DNA of 64,000 bases from a virus: IMG/VR virus record IMGVR_UViG_3300008259_004660, positions 1 through 64,000 of that record. One strand, given 5' to 3'. A model generated the notes under the pieces. That model searched no databases, had not been told where the DNA came from, and worked only from the letters and a program-made list of their open reading frames with translations. Below, one piece after another: positions 7,773 to 16,776 of the stretch. Within the stretch, counting starts at the first letter, position 1. Every line of letters starts with the position of its first letter. The position numbers were made by a program, and so were the translations under genes.

Positions 7773-8118
7773 AAATAATGATAGTATCTTTTTTGTGTTT
7801 TCTGGCAAGATTAATCGCACTCATTGTGCCTTTTGATTGTCCATCCCAAAAGGCAATTACCTTATCTGTGTATTGCATGATCTGCTCGTTGCGAATTGGA
7901 CCAGCGGCTTTACCGTGCTTATTCCAATCAGCAGGAAATTCTGTATATTTTAGTTTATATTCTTCTGCTAATCTTTTAGCCAACGAATCGACTCCACTTG
8001 CTCCGCCACTTACAATTTCATATGGAGAATATGTAAGATCCCTAAAGTATTTGAAAACATATCCTTTTACTTCATCATAATCATTATAATCTCTGCCACC
8101 AACAATTGCGAGTTTCAT
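7765..8118 (-). CDS. SLOG family (DUF2493/YspA-like) protein
   Basis: IVGGRDY, VSGGASGVD, FPADW..HGKAAGPIRN, AFWDG.SKGT. Confidence 0.85.
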   Translation of the reverse strand: MKLAIVGGRDYNDYDEVKGYVFKYFRDLTYSPYEIVSGGASGVDSLAKRLAEEYKLKYTEFPADWNKHGKAAGPIRNEQIMQYTDKVIAFWDGQSKGTMSAINLARKHKKDTIIIYV

Positions 8119-8282
8119 ATTATTGCGTCATTATATGCATCTAGATATTTGTTAATTATCAACTTTGCAACTTTTATTCCGTTCTGATTGTTAGTTTGTT
8201 CAAAGTGAGCAAGTTTTTTTCTCCAATATTCAAGATCTTCAAGTATGTCTTCTTTAGTGTGACCTGTTTTATCTGATTCCAT
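8115..8282 (-). CDS. 55-aa hypothetical protein
   Basis: MESDKTGHTKEDILEDLEYWRKK..., stop overlaps SLOG ATG. Confidence 0.55.
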   Translation of the reverse strand: MESDKTGHTKEDILEDLEYWRKKLAHFEQTNNQNGIKVAKLIINKYLDAYNDAII

Positions 8283-8416
8283 CTGTGAATAATAATGTAA
8301 GTATATTAGAAATCAATCAAAAAATATATTGCTGATAAATTCTTTAAAATATTTTTGATTGACTTGAACGCGATGTTCGATAATTATTGTTACTGTTCTT
8401 TGAATAATAATTTTTG

Positions 8417-8595
8417 AAACATGCAGGGTAGTTAAAAGGCCAGACTTTGGAAAAAGTTTGGTCATTCTTCAGCGACAATCCTAGTAGGCATCAACGCTAT
8501 ATGCTTGTATAAAATTGCCGAAGTCAAGAAGATAGGTCGAGTCACCCAAATGTGGTTCCGGTACCGAATGCCCTAACATCGGTCCCTGCATGTTT
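8417..8595 (+). ncRNA. candidate 6S-sized rod-shaped ncRNA
   Basis: perfect 12-bp terminal stem AAACATGCAGGG/CCCTGCATGTTT, further helices inward, 179 nt, no ORF, 7 nt upstream of tmRNA. Confidence 0.6.
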
Positions 8596-8602
8596 TATTT
8601 TC

Positions 8603-8996
8603 GGGCGCGTTCTTGGATTCTACTATATAGTATAGGTACAGGCCGCATGCACAGAGTCCAAAGTCTCTGTATAATACCCATTGGAAAAAATAAATGCTAA
8701 GAGAAATCTTGCAAAGGTATCTTTCCTAAGCGTTCGCAAGAATGCCGATGTTGAGATGCTAGCCGCAGCCTAATTAGTGCTGCCCGTTGTCCTTGTGACG
8801 CAGATAACAAGTCAACAACGTCAAACATCTGCTGGTCATTATAAGGCAGAGAGTCGGTAATAATGACGAGTCAATACAGAACTCTCAACTTCTGAATGGT
8901 GCTCTACCAAATTCAGTCGGATTATAAGAGATAAGCATGTATATGTTTGTGGTTATATTATACAGCACGCGGGTTCAACTCCCGCCGCGTCCACCA
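8603..8996 (+). ncRNA. ssrA: tmRNA
   Basis: 5' GGGCGCGTTCTTGGATTCTAC; 3' GCGGGTTCAACTCCCGCCGCGTCCACCA; G3.U70 pair; tag ORF 8696-8773 ending LAAA*. Confidence 0.95.
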
Positions 8997-9025
8997 TATT
9001 TACAGATATATAAGAAAAAAATTTC

Positions 9026-9053
9026 TTGACGAAATGATTTTCAAATGTATAGT
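9026..9053 (+). promoter_or_regulatory. sigma70-like promoter
   Basis: TTGACG-16nt-TATAGT before OMP gene. Confidence 0.7.
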
Positions 9054-9105
9054 TATTCATACTTTACGAAACGTGAAGTATTAAAACAATAATATACAAA
9101 AATAT

Positions 9106-9822
9106 ATGAAGAATAAAATCCTAGTATTAATCACAGCACTTATTGCAGCAGTAGCAGTAAATGCTGCACCAGTAGCACTAAGTGCAAATGCAACATATCA
9201 CACCAAGTACTTTGACAAGGGCTTGGTTGCGTTCGAAGATGTTGCTGTTGCAGGAGCTACACTGGAAGTCTACAATTTTGTTGCAGGTGTAAATACCTTC
9301 AACACATTGAAGGACACCACAACTGGAAAGTATACTGCAAGTGCTGGCTTGTTCAAGCGCACTGATCTGTCGCTCGGCTACAAGTTCACATCGCCGTTGG
9401 CCAATCTAACATTGGGCGGTACATACAAGAACTTTGCCAAGAGCGTATCAAATCTTTCCAGCAACACTGAGCCATTTGCTCTATTGAATGGTACATTCTT
9501 TGGTACACGCGCTACGTGGGATGCACGCTATCGCAACGATCTAAAGAATCGCACCAACAACACCGAGGCAAATCTCCGCTTGCCATTTGGTTTCCAACAC
9601 CTCAAGTTGGTTCCAGCAGTTGGATACGGTTTCAACGACCTTGGTGCGGATACGATTGCTCAGTACAAAAATGCAAAGCAATATGCCGTCGTTGGCATTG
9701 GTTTGGGATATTACACAAAGTATGCCACATTGAATGTTGATTTTTCTCAACTACGTGATGGTTTGATTACCGCAGGAAACACAGTAAACAGTCTTTCTGC
9801 CGGTCTTTCTGTAAAGTTCTAA
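9106..9822 (+). CDS. outer-membrane beta-barrel protein
   Basis: signal peptide (AVAVNA|AP), amphipathic strands, C-terminal LSAGLSVKF BAM-type signature. Confidence 0.75.
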   Translation: MKNKILVLITALIAAVAVNAAPVALSANATYHTKYFDKGLVAFEDVAVAGATLEVYNFVAGVNTFNTLKDTTTGKYTASAGLFKRTDLSLGYKFTSPLANLTLGGTYKNFAKSVSNLSSNTEPFALLNGTFFGTRATWDARYRNDLKNRTNNTEANLRLPFGFQHLKLVPAVGYGFNDLGADTIAQYKNAKQYAVVGIGLGYYTKYATLNVDFSQLRDGLITAGNTVNSLSAGLSVKF

Positions 9823-9844
9823 TAAACTAATAAGCTTATATCGC

Positions 9845-9878
9845 AAAAAAGAGCCTCATTAAATGTGAGGCTCTTTTT
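9845..9878 (+). terminator. intrinsic terminator
   Basis: AAAAAGAGCCTCA/TGAGGCTCTTTTT hairpin. Confidence 0.85.
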
Positions 9879-9884
9879 ATTTTT

Positions 9885-10952
9885 ATGAAACTATTATATC
9901 TAGCAAGACGCCAACTTGGAGATAATTTGTTCATGGTTCCACTGTGGAAAAAATTGGCGGCTGAATATGAACTATACTATCTTGGTAGAGAAGATCTATT
10001 TCCAGTAGTAAAAAGATATAACCTTTTCAAAGAATACATCAAGGGATGTAGATATTCTGATAGAAATGATGCTTGTTTGGAAAAGGCGTCAGTGGATAGA
10101 ATAAAAGAAATTTTCTCAGATAAAAATGAAAGCTACATGGTATACGACTTGGATAAATTTTCCATATTCATGAACAATCACCCAGAACTTCAATATATCA
10201 AAAGACATCCTCGGTTACTGAATGATATGCAAGTATCGGAAAAACTTTATAGTAACAATGGGACTGTTATCATAGGCGAAACCAAAAAATCATTACTAAG
10301 ATATCAATTTTATACACTGGAAGAGTTAGAGCACAAAAGTTTTAAAACCGATATGTCTCCGCCGAAAAATTTATCAAATAACGACACGGTCATCATATAT
10401 CAAGGATCTGATGAAGAATGGAGAAAATTACCAGATGGTGTTATATTGGAGTTTGCAAAACAACTTCCTCATGCAATATACTTCATAACAAAGGCGGCGT
10501 TGGAAAAAATTAACAACCAAAATATTTCAGTCAAGTTCGTTCTGACTAAGCCATATAATGTTGAAGGGTTGCTGGAAATAATTAAAATATTTGAATCTTA
10601 TCCAAAAGTCATGATAGGACCAGATTCAGGATTGACACAACTTGCATTGTCGTATGGTATACCTCAAATATGGATGCAATCCAGAATAAGACCTGAAAAC
10701 GTGATTGATCCTATACATTTTCACCTGATACGAATATACTTCAAAAATAAATTGACTTGTTTGAAAGATTGTTCTGGGTGTGCAATTTCAAGAGAACATC
10801 CAAATGAGTTACAAAACACTCCATTTTTATTAAAGGAACCATTTTTGCATAAACAATTTCTTAAATGCCATTCTAAAGTTTTACCACCGTCATGTTTAGA
10901 TTACAGCGTAGATGAAGTAAAAGAAATCATATCAATGATAGATAGTGTTTGA
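9885..10952 (+). CDS. GT9 (heptosyltransferase-like) glycosyltransferase
   Basis: RRQLGDNLF..PL N-terminal motif and IGPDSGLTQLA motif; Cys cluster near C-terminus. Confidence 0.7.
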   Translation: MKLLYLARRQLGDNLFMVPLWKKLAAEYELYYLGREDLFPVVKRYNLFKEYIKGCRYSDRNDACLEKASVDRIKEIFSDKNESYMVYDLDKFSIFMNNHPELQYIKRHPRLLNDMQVSEKLYSNNGTVIIGETKKSLLRYQFYTLEELEHKSFKTDMSPPKNLSNNDTVIIYQGSDEEWRKLPDGVILEFAKQLPHAIYFITKAALEKINNQNISVKFVLTKPYNVEGLLEIIKIFESYPKVMIGPDSGLTQLALSYGIPQIWMQSRIRPENVIDPIHFHLIRIYFKNKLTCLKDCSGCAISREHPNELQNTPFLLKEPFLHKQFLKCHSKVLPPSCLDYSVDEVKEIISMIDSV

Positions 10953-10983
10953 CAAAATATATATTTTGTGCATACTTGATTGC

Positions 10984-11934
10984 ATGATTTTACCACCCAA
11001 TATTGTTCCTTCCCTATGTTGTATCCATGTAGGGCTACAAGAACAAAAGATCAAGTTCAATGTAATGACGTATGCCCAATACAAGAAATTGGGTAAAAAA
11101 GAAGCAATGAAAGTTCTTGCTGATCGTTCACTTAACAACATCAAGACCATTCACGCTATTCTAAAGGAATGTGCCAAGAATAATTGGAATTATCGTATTG
11201 GTAGCAATGTATTTCCATTGATGACACACCCCGACCTAGATTTCACTGTAGATGATTTTTACAATGCAGATGAAATTTATGCTGAATTTTCCGCTGCCGC
11301 ACAAACAATCAGGCAGAACAACATTCGTTGCAGTATGCATCCTGACCAGTTTGTTGTACCTGCCAGCCCCAACCCCAAAGTGGTAGAGAATTCTATTAGA
11401 GACTTGGAACAACATGCCATGATCATGGATATGCTTGAATTGCCCCAGTCATATGAAGCTCCCATTAACATCCATATGAATTGCTACAACGATGGCAAGT
11501 TCAGCGAAGTTGTTGATAGACTTGAAACTGTTCTCAAGCGTATGTCAAAGCCAGTAACAAGCAGACTAGTTTTTGAGAACGAGGACAAGGGTAAAAGCTG
11601 GACTGTTTGTAATCTATACGAATATCTTTACAAGCGTGCTGGTATTCCGATTACTTTCGACAACCTGCATCACCAATGCAATCACAATGACACCAGCGAG
11701 CAATATGCATTTGAGCTTGCATTATCCACTTGGCCCAAAGATGTGGTTCCACTGTTCCATTTCAGCGAATCTCTTGTCGGCAATAATCCTCGTGCTCACG
11801 CGGATTTTCCTACAATGCTTCCTGCCATCTATAAGAACTACAATGGTGAACTTCATCTTGACTTTGAGTTCAAGATGAAAGAAATCGCGATTAATAAGAT
11901 TTCTCGCGAAAAGTTATTGACAATTGCTGGTTAA
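10984..11934 (+). CDS. uvsE: UV-damage endonuclease
   Basis: YRIGSNVFP, SMHPDQF, ENED, FDNLHH, HFSES, AHAD motifs; start re-called after promoter at 10949. Confidence 0.9.
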   Translation: MILPPNIVPSLCCIHVGLQEQKIKFNVMTYAQYKKLGKKEAMKVLADRSLNNIKTIHAILKECAKNNWNYRIGSNVFPLMTHPDLDFTVDDFYNADEIYAEFSAAAQTIRQNNIRCSMHPDQFVVPASPNPKVVENSIRDLEQHAMIMDMLELPQSYEAPINIHMNCYNDGKFSEVVDRLETVLKRMSKPVTSRLVFENEDKGKSWTVCNLYEYLYKRAGIPITFDNLHHQCNHNDTSEQYAFELALSTWPKDVVPLFHFSESLVGNNPRAHADFPTMLPAIYKNYNGELHLDFEFKMKEIAINKISREKLLTIAG

Positions 11935-11984
11935 TCCACATAATGTATTTTGTTCCAATAAACAAAAATAAACTAAAAAAACAT

Positions 11985-12200
11985 ATGACAAAGCACAATA
12001 AGACAAAGAATGGTCGCAAGATCAATACCTACGTCCGCAACGAAAAGTATTCTATTTCGTTCACTCGCCCTATCGAGGGTGTGAAGGATGAAAGAATGCA
12101 TCTAAACGTAACTGGAGTTAATCCCGTTACCAAGAAGATGAATAAGGTTCAGTTGAACGGTCGCGCTATTGCTATCTTGCGCAAGCTCCTAGCAGCGTAA
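11985..12200 (+). CDS. basic hypothetical protein
   Basis: ORF followed by terminator. Confidence 0.6.
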   Translation: MTKHNKTKNGRKINTYVRNEKYSISFTRPIEGVKDERMHLNVTGVNPVTKKMNKVQLNGRAIAILRKLLAA

Positions 12201-12223
12201 AAAGTTGAAAAGGTTATAAAGTC

Positions 12224-12254
12224 AAACCCACGGCATAAACCCCGTGGGTTTTTT
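12224..12254 (+). terminator. intrinsic terminator
   Basis: AAACCCACGG/CCGTGGGTTT plus T run. Confidence 0.85.
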
Positions 12255-12298
12255 ATTGGTTGACATTTTGGACTTCATCATCCATAGTTATATTTCTT

Positions 12299-13414
12299 AT
12301 GAAAATTGATTTAGAGTCCATTGACAAAGAATCATTTATGGTTCATCAACATAAAATAGGAGAACACGAAGTAACACTTGTTCAACCTATCCACATTGGA
12401 GCGACTTGGAACAGGGGTAATCTTATATTTCGTTCCTCTGTTTGGGATAAAGAAGGCAATCCCGTATCTCTTTCTTTCAAGAAGTTTTTCAATTGGGATG
12501 AAAAGCCTGATATCGATCCTGCACCAGAAACTTTAGAAGGCGCAAAGCTTTTAGAAAAACTGGACGGATCTACTCTAATTATCTCTCGCTACAAGGGTAT
12601 TACAGTTATGCGTACACGTGGAACTGTAGATGCATATCAGCAAGCAAACGCCGACGAGCTTACATTTTTGCGTGAAAAGTATGATAAGTTTTTTGAATTT
12701 ATAGAAGCACAAGAAAACACTTCTGTTTCTTACATCTTTGAATGGTTATCACCATCTAACCGTATTGTATTGGACTACGGAAACGACCCAGATATGGTTT
12801 TAATCGGCGTGATATTTCACAACGATTATTCTATGATGTCACAAGATGGACTAAGCACTGTTGCATCACAGCTTCAGCTTCGTCGTCCAAAGCTTTATTC
12901 ATATGACTCTATTGAGGAGATGAAGACTAGCGTGGAAGCATTACGTGATCAAGAAGGTCTTTGTGTATATTACAAGGAAGAGCAGTGCATTCGTAAAGTA
13001 AAGAGCGCACACTATTTGTATCTTCATAGAGCAAAGAGTGAAATTTCTAGCATAGACAAAGTTATTGATGTGTATATTGATTGGTTCATGGAGCGTCATA
13101 AAATTTCGCCTGAAGCAACTGGATATCCTGATTTCTTCAAGTATCTTACTGAAAAGTTTGATTACGAAATCGCAACAATGGCGCAAGGTCACGCATCTCG
13201 TATCTGTGATGCTATGAAGGAAGTGAAAAAGATAATGGATGCTTTGGTTCTTTTTTCGTTCCGTCGTATCAATATTCCTCGTAAGCAAGCAGCAGCAGAA
13301 ATATTACAAGCGTATGGCAGCACAGGCAGAGCAGCTATTGTATTCAAGATGCTTGACGCGAAGTACATTGGTGCCGATGACTACAAGAAACTGCTATACC
13401 AAGTCCTCAAATGA
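12299..13414 (+). CDS. RNA ligase (T4 Rnl1-like)
   Basis: FKKFFNWDE, motif I EKLDGS, FEWLSP.NRIV, EGLCV, KVKS..Y. Confidence 0.85.
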   Translation: MKIDLESIDKESFMVHQHKIGEHEVTLVQPIHIGATWNRGNLIFRSSVWDKEGNPVSLSFKKFFNWDEKPDIDPAPETLEGAKLLEKLDGSTLIISRYKGITVMRTRGTVDAYQQANADELTFLREKYDKFFEFIEAQENTSVSYIFEWLSPSNRIVLDYGNDPDMVLIGVIFHNDYSMMSQDGLSTVASQLQLRRPKLYSYDSIEEMKTSVEALRDQEGLCVYYKEEQCIRKVKSAHYLYLHRAKSEISSIDKVIDVYIDWFMERHKISPEATGYPDFFKYLTEKFDYEIATMAQGHASRICDAMKEVKKIMDALVLFSFRRINIPRKQAAAEILQAYGSTGRAAIVFKMLDAKYIGADDYKKLLYQVLK

Positions 13415-13602
13415 TCATCATAGGCGTTCGTGCGAGAGTAAGATGGGATATGAAACTCGCACGGATGCGCTACGTGATGCTAAAAGAATATTTATGGAGT
13501 ATAGATCCGAGAAGACGCCATACAAATGCAATCATTGTGGGTATTGGCATTTAGCGACAAAAGAAGATTGACATCTTTGATGCCATATAACAATATTTAT
13601 AC

Positions 13603-13800
13603 ATGATGGCAAAAACAACATATAAATTGGTCGAGAAAGCAGCAAAGCGGTTGGTAATTGGAGATAGAGTACCAAGTGCTTCTGGAAGAATACTTGTAGT
13701 GAGCCTAGTAGTTCAAAAAGCAAATAGAACCATTGTATTGTTTGATGGTGATATGGAGATTGATTTTGACCCATATTTTCAGATCAAAGTAATTGGATAA
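13603..13800 (+). CDS. hypothetical protein
   Basis: ORF with upstream ATATTTAT motif. Confidence 0.55.
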   Translation: MMAKTTYKLVEKAAKRLVIGDRVPSASGRILVVSLVVQKANRTIVLFDGDMEIDFDPYFQIKVIG

Positions 13801-13853
13801 ATAAGTCTTGACTTTTTATAGATTAAAAGTCATAGTTATACCATATAAAGGAT

Positions 13854-14522
13854 ATGGAAATGAATGTTATCAATCAACCAGTTTTATCTTTGAATGCTTC
13901 TTGGCAAGCTATTGGCACCAAGACAGTTAAAGATGCTTTTATAGCAATGCTAGGTGGCGACGGCGGAAAAAATGCTCCTGCTGTCGCGATTGATATGGAA
14001 TTTGAAATAGATTCTGACGGCAGTGTTGATTGGAACAGCCCAACCAATACAAATCCAGTAACTTGGGATATTTGGAAAACACTTCCTATCCGTGAATATG
14101 ACCTTGCTATTCATACTGGTAACATGACACTTCGTGTACCAAGAGTAATAATTCAGCCAAACTATGGTAAAATGCCAATGGTTCAGCCCCGCCCTACTAA
14201 GGAAAGTATTCGCAAGCGTGACGGTGGAGTGTGCCAATACACTGGTAAACCACTTTCTTGGAAAGAAGGCAATGTAGATCATGTTATTCCACGTTCACAA
14301 GGTGGTAAAAATACTTTTGAGAATATGGTATGGTGCCACAGAGATATCAACAGTAAGAAGGCGGATAAAACACCAGAACAAGCTGGACTTAGACTCATTC
14401 GTAAACCTTATGCTCCAAAAAGTATTCCTGTTAGTGCAACAATAAACATTGCACATCATCCAAGTTGGATTCATTTCTTGGATAATGTCTCCGAAGTAAG
14501 AGGGTTTCAAATAGCATCTTGA
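13854..14522 (+). CDS. HNH endonuclease (McrA-like)
   Basis: VLSLNASWQ, RVPRVI, RDGGVCQYTG, VDHVIPRSQGG..TFENMV. Confidence 0.85.
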   Translation: MEMNVINQPVLSLNASWQAIGTKTVKDAFIAMLGGDGGKNAPAVAIDMEFEIDSDGSVDWNSPTNTNPVTWDIWKTLPIREYDLAIHTGNMTLRVPRVIIQPNYGKMPMVQPRPTKESIRKRDGGVCQYTGKPLSWKEGNVDHVIPRSQGGKNTFENMVWCHRDINSKKADKTPEQAGLRLIRKPYAPKSIPVSATINIAHHPSWIHFLDNVSEVRGFQIAS

Positions 14523-14559
14523 CAACAAAGTTGCCCCGAAGTATAGTGGGCCATATTTT

Positions 14560-14922
14560 ATGGAATTCACATATCTATTAATTTTTTCTTTGTATGCAAT
14601 TTGTGGTTACTTGCTGCACAAGCAGGTAAAAATATTGCGTATGTTGAAAGAACAAGATATTACACATAAGAAATCCTTGGCAGAAGCAGGAAGTGCCATA
14701 ACAGAAACACTAAAAGTTGCATTTGATAATTTGAAGAAAAATTCAAATGATCATAACAAATTTAATACTAAAATCGTGGAACACAATTCTAGAATACACA
14801 GAGTAGAACAACATATAAGCAGAACTGCCAAAAATTTTGATAATAAAAAAGTTAAAGCCGATGATGAAGTCGCCTTCACACGCAGAAAAATAAAAGATGG
14901 AGATGAAAATGAAAACGAATAA
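14560..14922 (+). CDS. membrane-anchored coiled-coil hypothetical protein
   Basis: N-terminal TM then helical region. Confidence 0.55.
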   Translation: MEFTYLLIFSLYAICGYLLHKQVKILRMLKEQDITHKKSLAEAGSAITETLKVAFDNLKKNSNDHNKFNTKIVEHNSRIHRVEQHISRTAKNFDNKKVKADDEVAFTRRKIKDGDENENE

Positions 14923-15124
14923 TGATGGTCCAAAAATGATGGAATTTGGAAAATTGGATATTGGTGGAAAATTTTATCTTTCCAACCCGTCCAACTTAAC
15001 CGAGAATGCCGCTTACACAAAAATGGCTACCCAAAAAGGAATTGATGGAAAATGGTCAAATGCCAAAAATGCACTGGGTCTTGTAACCTTCGTTCAATAT
15101 GATAAGCGCATTTGGAAAAAATGA
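14909..15124 (+). CDS. hypothetical protein
   Basis: ORF in co-directional run. Confidence 0.5.
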   Translation: MKTNNDGPKMMEFGKLDIGGKFYLSNPSNLTENAAYTKMATQKGIDGKWSNAKNALGLVTFVQYDKRIWKK

Positions 15125-15582
15125 AGAAAAAAGTAAAAGAAACAAAACCCAAAGTAAGATCATTGTTTGATCATGTGAATGAAATACGTGTGGGAAAAAA
15201 TCCTAAGTATTTTGAAACTCTTTCTGATGAAGATAAGAAGACTTGGTCGAATTATATGGTATGCAGAGTTCTGAGCATGCAAACCGATCTAATTGATGTA
15301 ATCAATGATTTACAGTATTATCAGGATAAATTGTCTCCAGAACAATTCTACAGACTGTGTATCGCTTCTACACCAAAAGGAAAAGGATATTTTCCATATA
15401 TAAAGAATTCTACAGAAAAATACAACAAGTCATTACTTACATTGATGTGCATTCACTTTCAAGATAGCACGCGAAATATTGTTGAATACATGAAACTCAT
15501 TCCCAGAGATGATGTACGAAGTATACTTAGAAAATACGGATATTCCGAAGATCAAATTGAAGAGATGATGGAAAAGGCTTGA
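15121..15582 (+). CDS. putative clamp-loader small subunit (gp62-like)
   Basis: LFDHVNEI...WSNYMVCRVLSM...Q.Y...PKGKGYFPYIK pattern recalled from T4-like gp62 homologues. Confidence 0.6.
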   Translation: MKKKVKETKPKVRSLFDHVNEIRVGKNPKYFETLSDEDKKTWSNYMVCRVLSMQTDLIDVINDLQYYQDKLSPEQFYRLCIASTPKGKGYFPYIKNSTEKYNKSLLTLMCIHFQDSTRNIVEYMKLIPRDDVRSILRKYGYSEDQIEEMMEKA

Positions 15583-15614
15583 CCATTTCAAATCAAGTGG
15601 TATCTTGAGAGATT

Positions 15615-16253
15615 ATGACGAACAAAAAAGTTATTGGTCTTAGCGGCGTGGCAAGAGCAGGTAAAGATACATTCGCTGGAATACTTGCTTCTAAACTACA
15701 ACAAGCTGGTAAATCAGTGAGACGAGTTGCTTTGGCCGAACCTCTAAAATATCAAGTGGATGATTTTCTTGTAAAGAATCTTGGTATCACCGCGTTTACA
15801 CCAGTAACTGAGCAAAAAACTCTTATTAGACCTATGCTTGTTTGGTATGGAGATGCACAAAGAAAATTGACTAATGGAAGATATTGGATTGACCTTGCAA
15901 AGAAAACTATTGAAGAATCCAATTATGACTATTACATTATCACTGATGTGCGCTATGATGCTTATGAGAAAGATGAGCTTTATTTTCTGAAGAACGAAGT
16001 GAATGGCATTTTGTGTCATATCAGCAAATACAAAACCGTTGATGAGACCCAAGACGGTTGCCGTCTTATTGAAAAGAAATTTGTACAACCAGCAAACGAC
16101 CATGAAGCTGAAAATGATCCAAGGATTAAACGCGCAGCTGATCACATTGTTGAGTGGCCAGACGAAGGTAAGATGAATGAAGTGGAGCTTTTAATGAATC
16201 CTACACTAAATGAATATGTTGATGAGTTTATTGAAAAATTTAAACTGATCTAG
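15615..16253 (+). CDS. deoxynucleoside monophosphate kinase
   Basis: P-loop GVARAGKDT, LAEPLK, ITDVRY motifs (gp1-like). Confidence 0.8.
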   Translation: MTNKKVIGLSGVARAGKDTFAGILASKLQQAGKSVRRVALAEPLKYQVDDFLVKNLGITAFTPVTEQKTLIRPMLVWYGDAQRKLTNGRYWIDLAKKTIEESNYDYYIITDVRYDAYEKDELYFLKNEVNGILCHISKYKTVDETQDGCRLIEKKFVQPANDHEAENDPRIKRAADHIVEWPDEGKMNEVELLMNPTLNEYVDEFIEKFKLI

Positions 16254-16696
16254 TCTTCATATTCCTCGTCGCTATCGTCATTATTATCATAATCATCTTT
16301 TGTCTCTTCTTCAAGTTCATTTTTTAGATTTACAAAATCTTCTTGAGTAAGTTCTAGTTCTGTGATTATGGCTGAAATTAAAAATGCCAATTCTTTTTTG
16401 CTGAAATTATTTTTCTTCAAAGCTTTTGAAATTTTTTTCGTCAATGCCAAAATCGTTTGCCGCTTATCTGAATCTTCTGTTTTGTAGATGATTCCCGGAA
16501 TTGGATTAGCTTTATCGTGCATGTTTGATATTTTAGAAAGCTCTTCTTCCAATAAAGTCTTGTATTCATTTTCATCTGACGCAATTTCCTTGATGAGCTT
16601 TTTGAGATCCTCGATGTCTTTTTTCTTCACAATTTTTGCCACCGTAAAAGTCTTCAAGACCCCAGTTTTTTGTAGAACATGTGTATATAGTTCCAT
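16250..16696 (-). CDS. acidic helical hypothetical protein
   Basis: lone minus-strand ORF with upstream ATATTTAT motif. Confidence 0.55.
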   Translation of the reverse strand: MELYTHVLQKTGVLKTFTVAKIVKKKDIEDLKKLIKEIASDENEYKTLLEEELSKISNMHDKANPIPGIIYKTEDSDKRQTILALTKKISKALKKNNFSKKELAFLISAIITELELTQEDFVNLKNELEEETKDDYDNNDDSDEEYED

Positions 16697-16776
16697 AGTG
16701 TAAAATGCGTTGTTCTACATAAATATAAACTCAAATGAATTGACACATCTCATTTTCCCCATATAGTATTTCAATT

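Noticed and set aside
13239-13571. Programmed frameshift from RNA ligase into the CxxC..WH ORF
   Set aside because: No slippery site seen; an internal ATG (13443) explains a small separate gene
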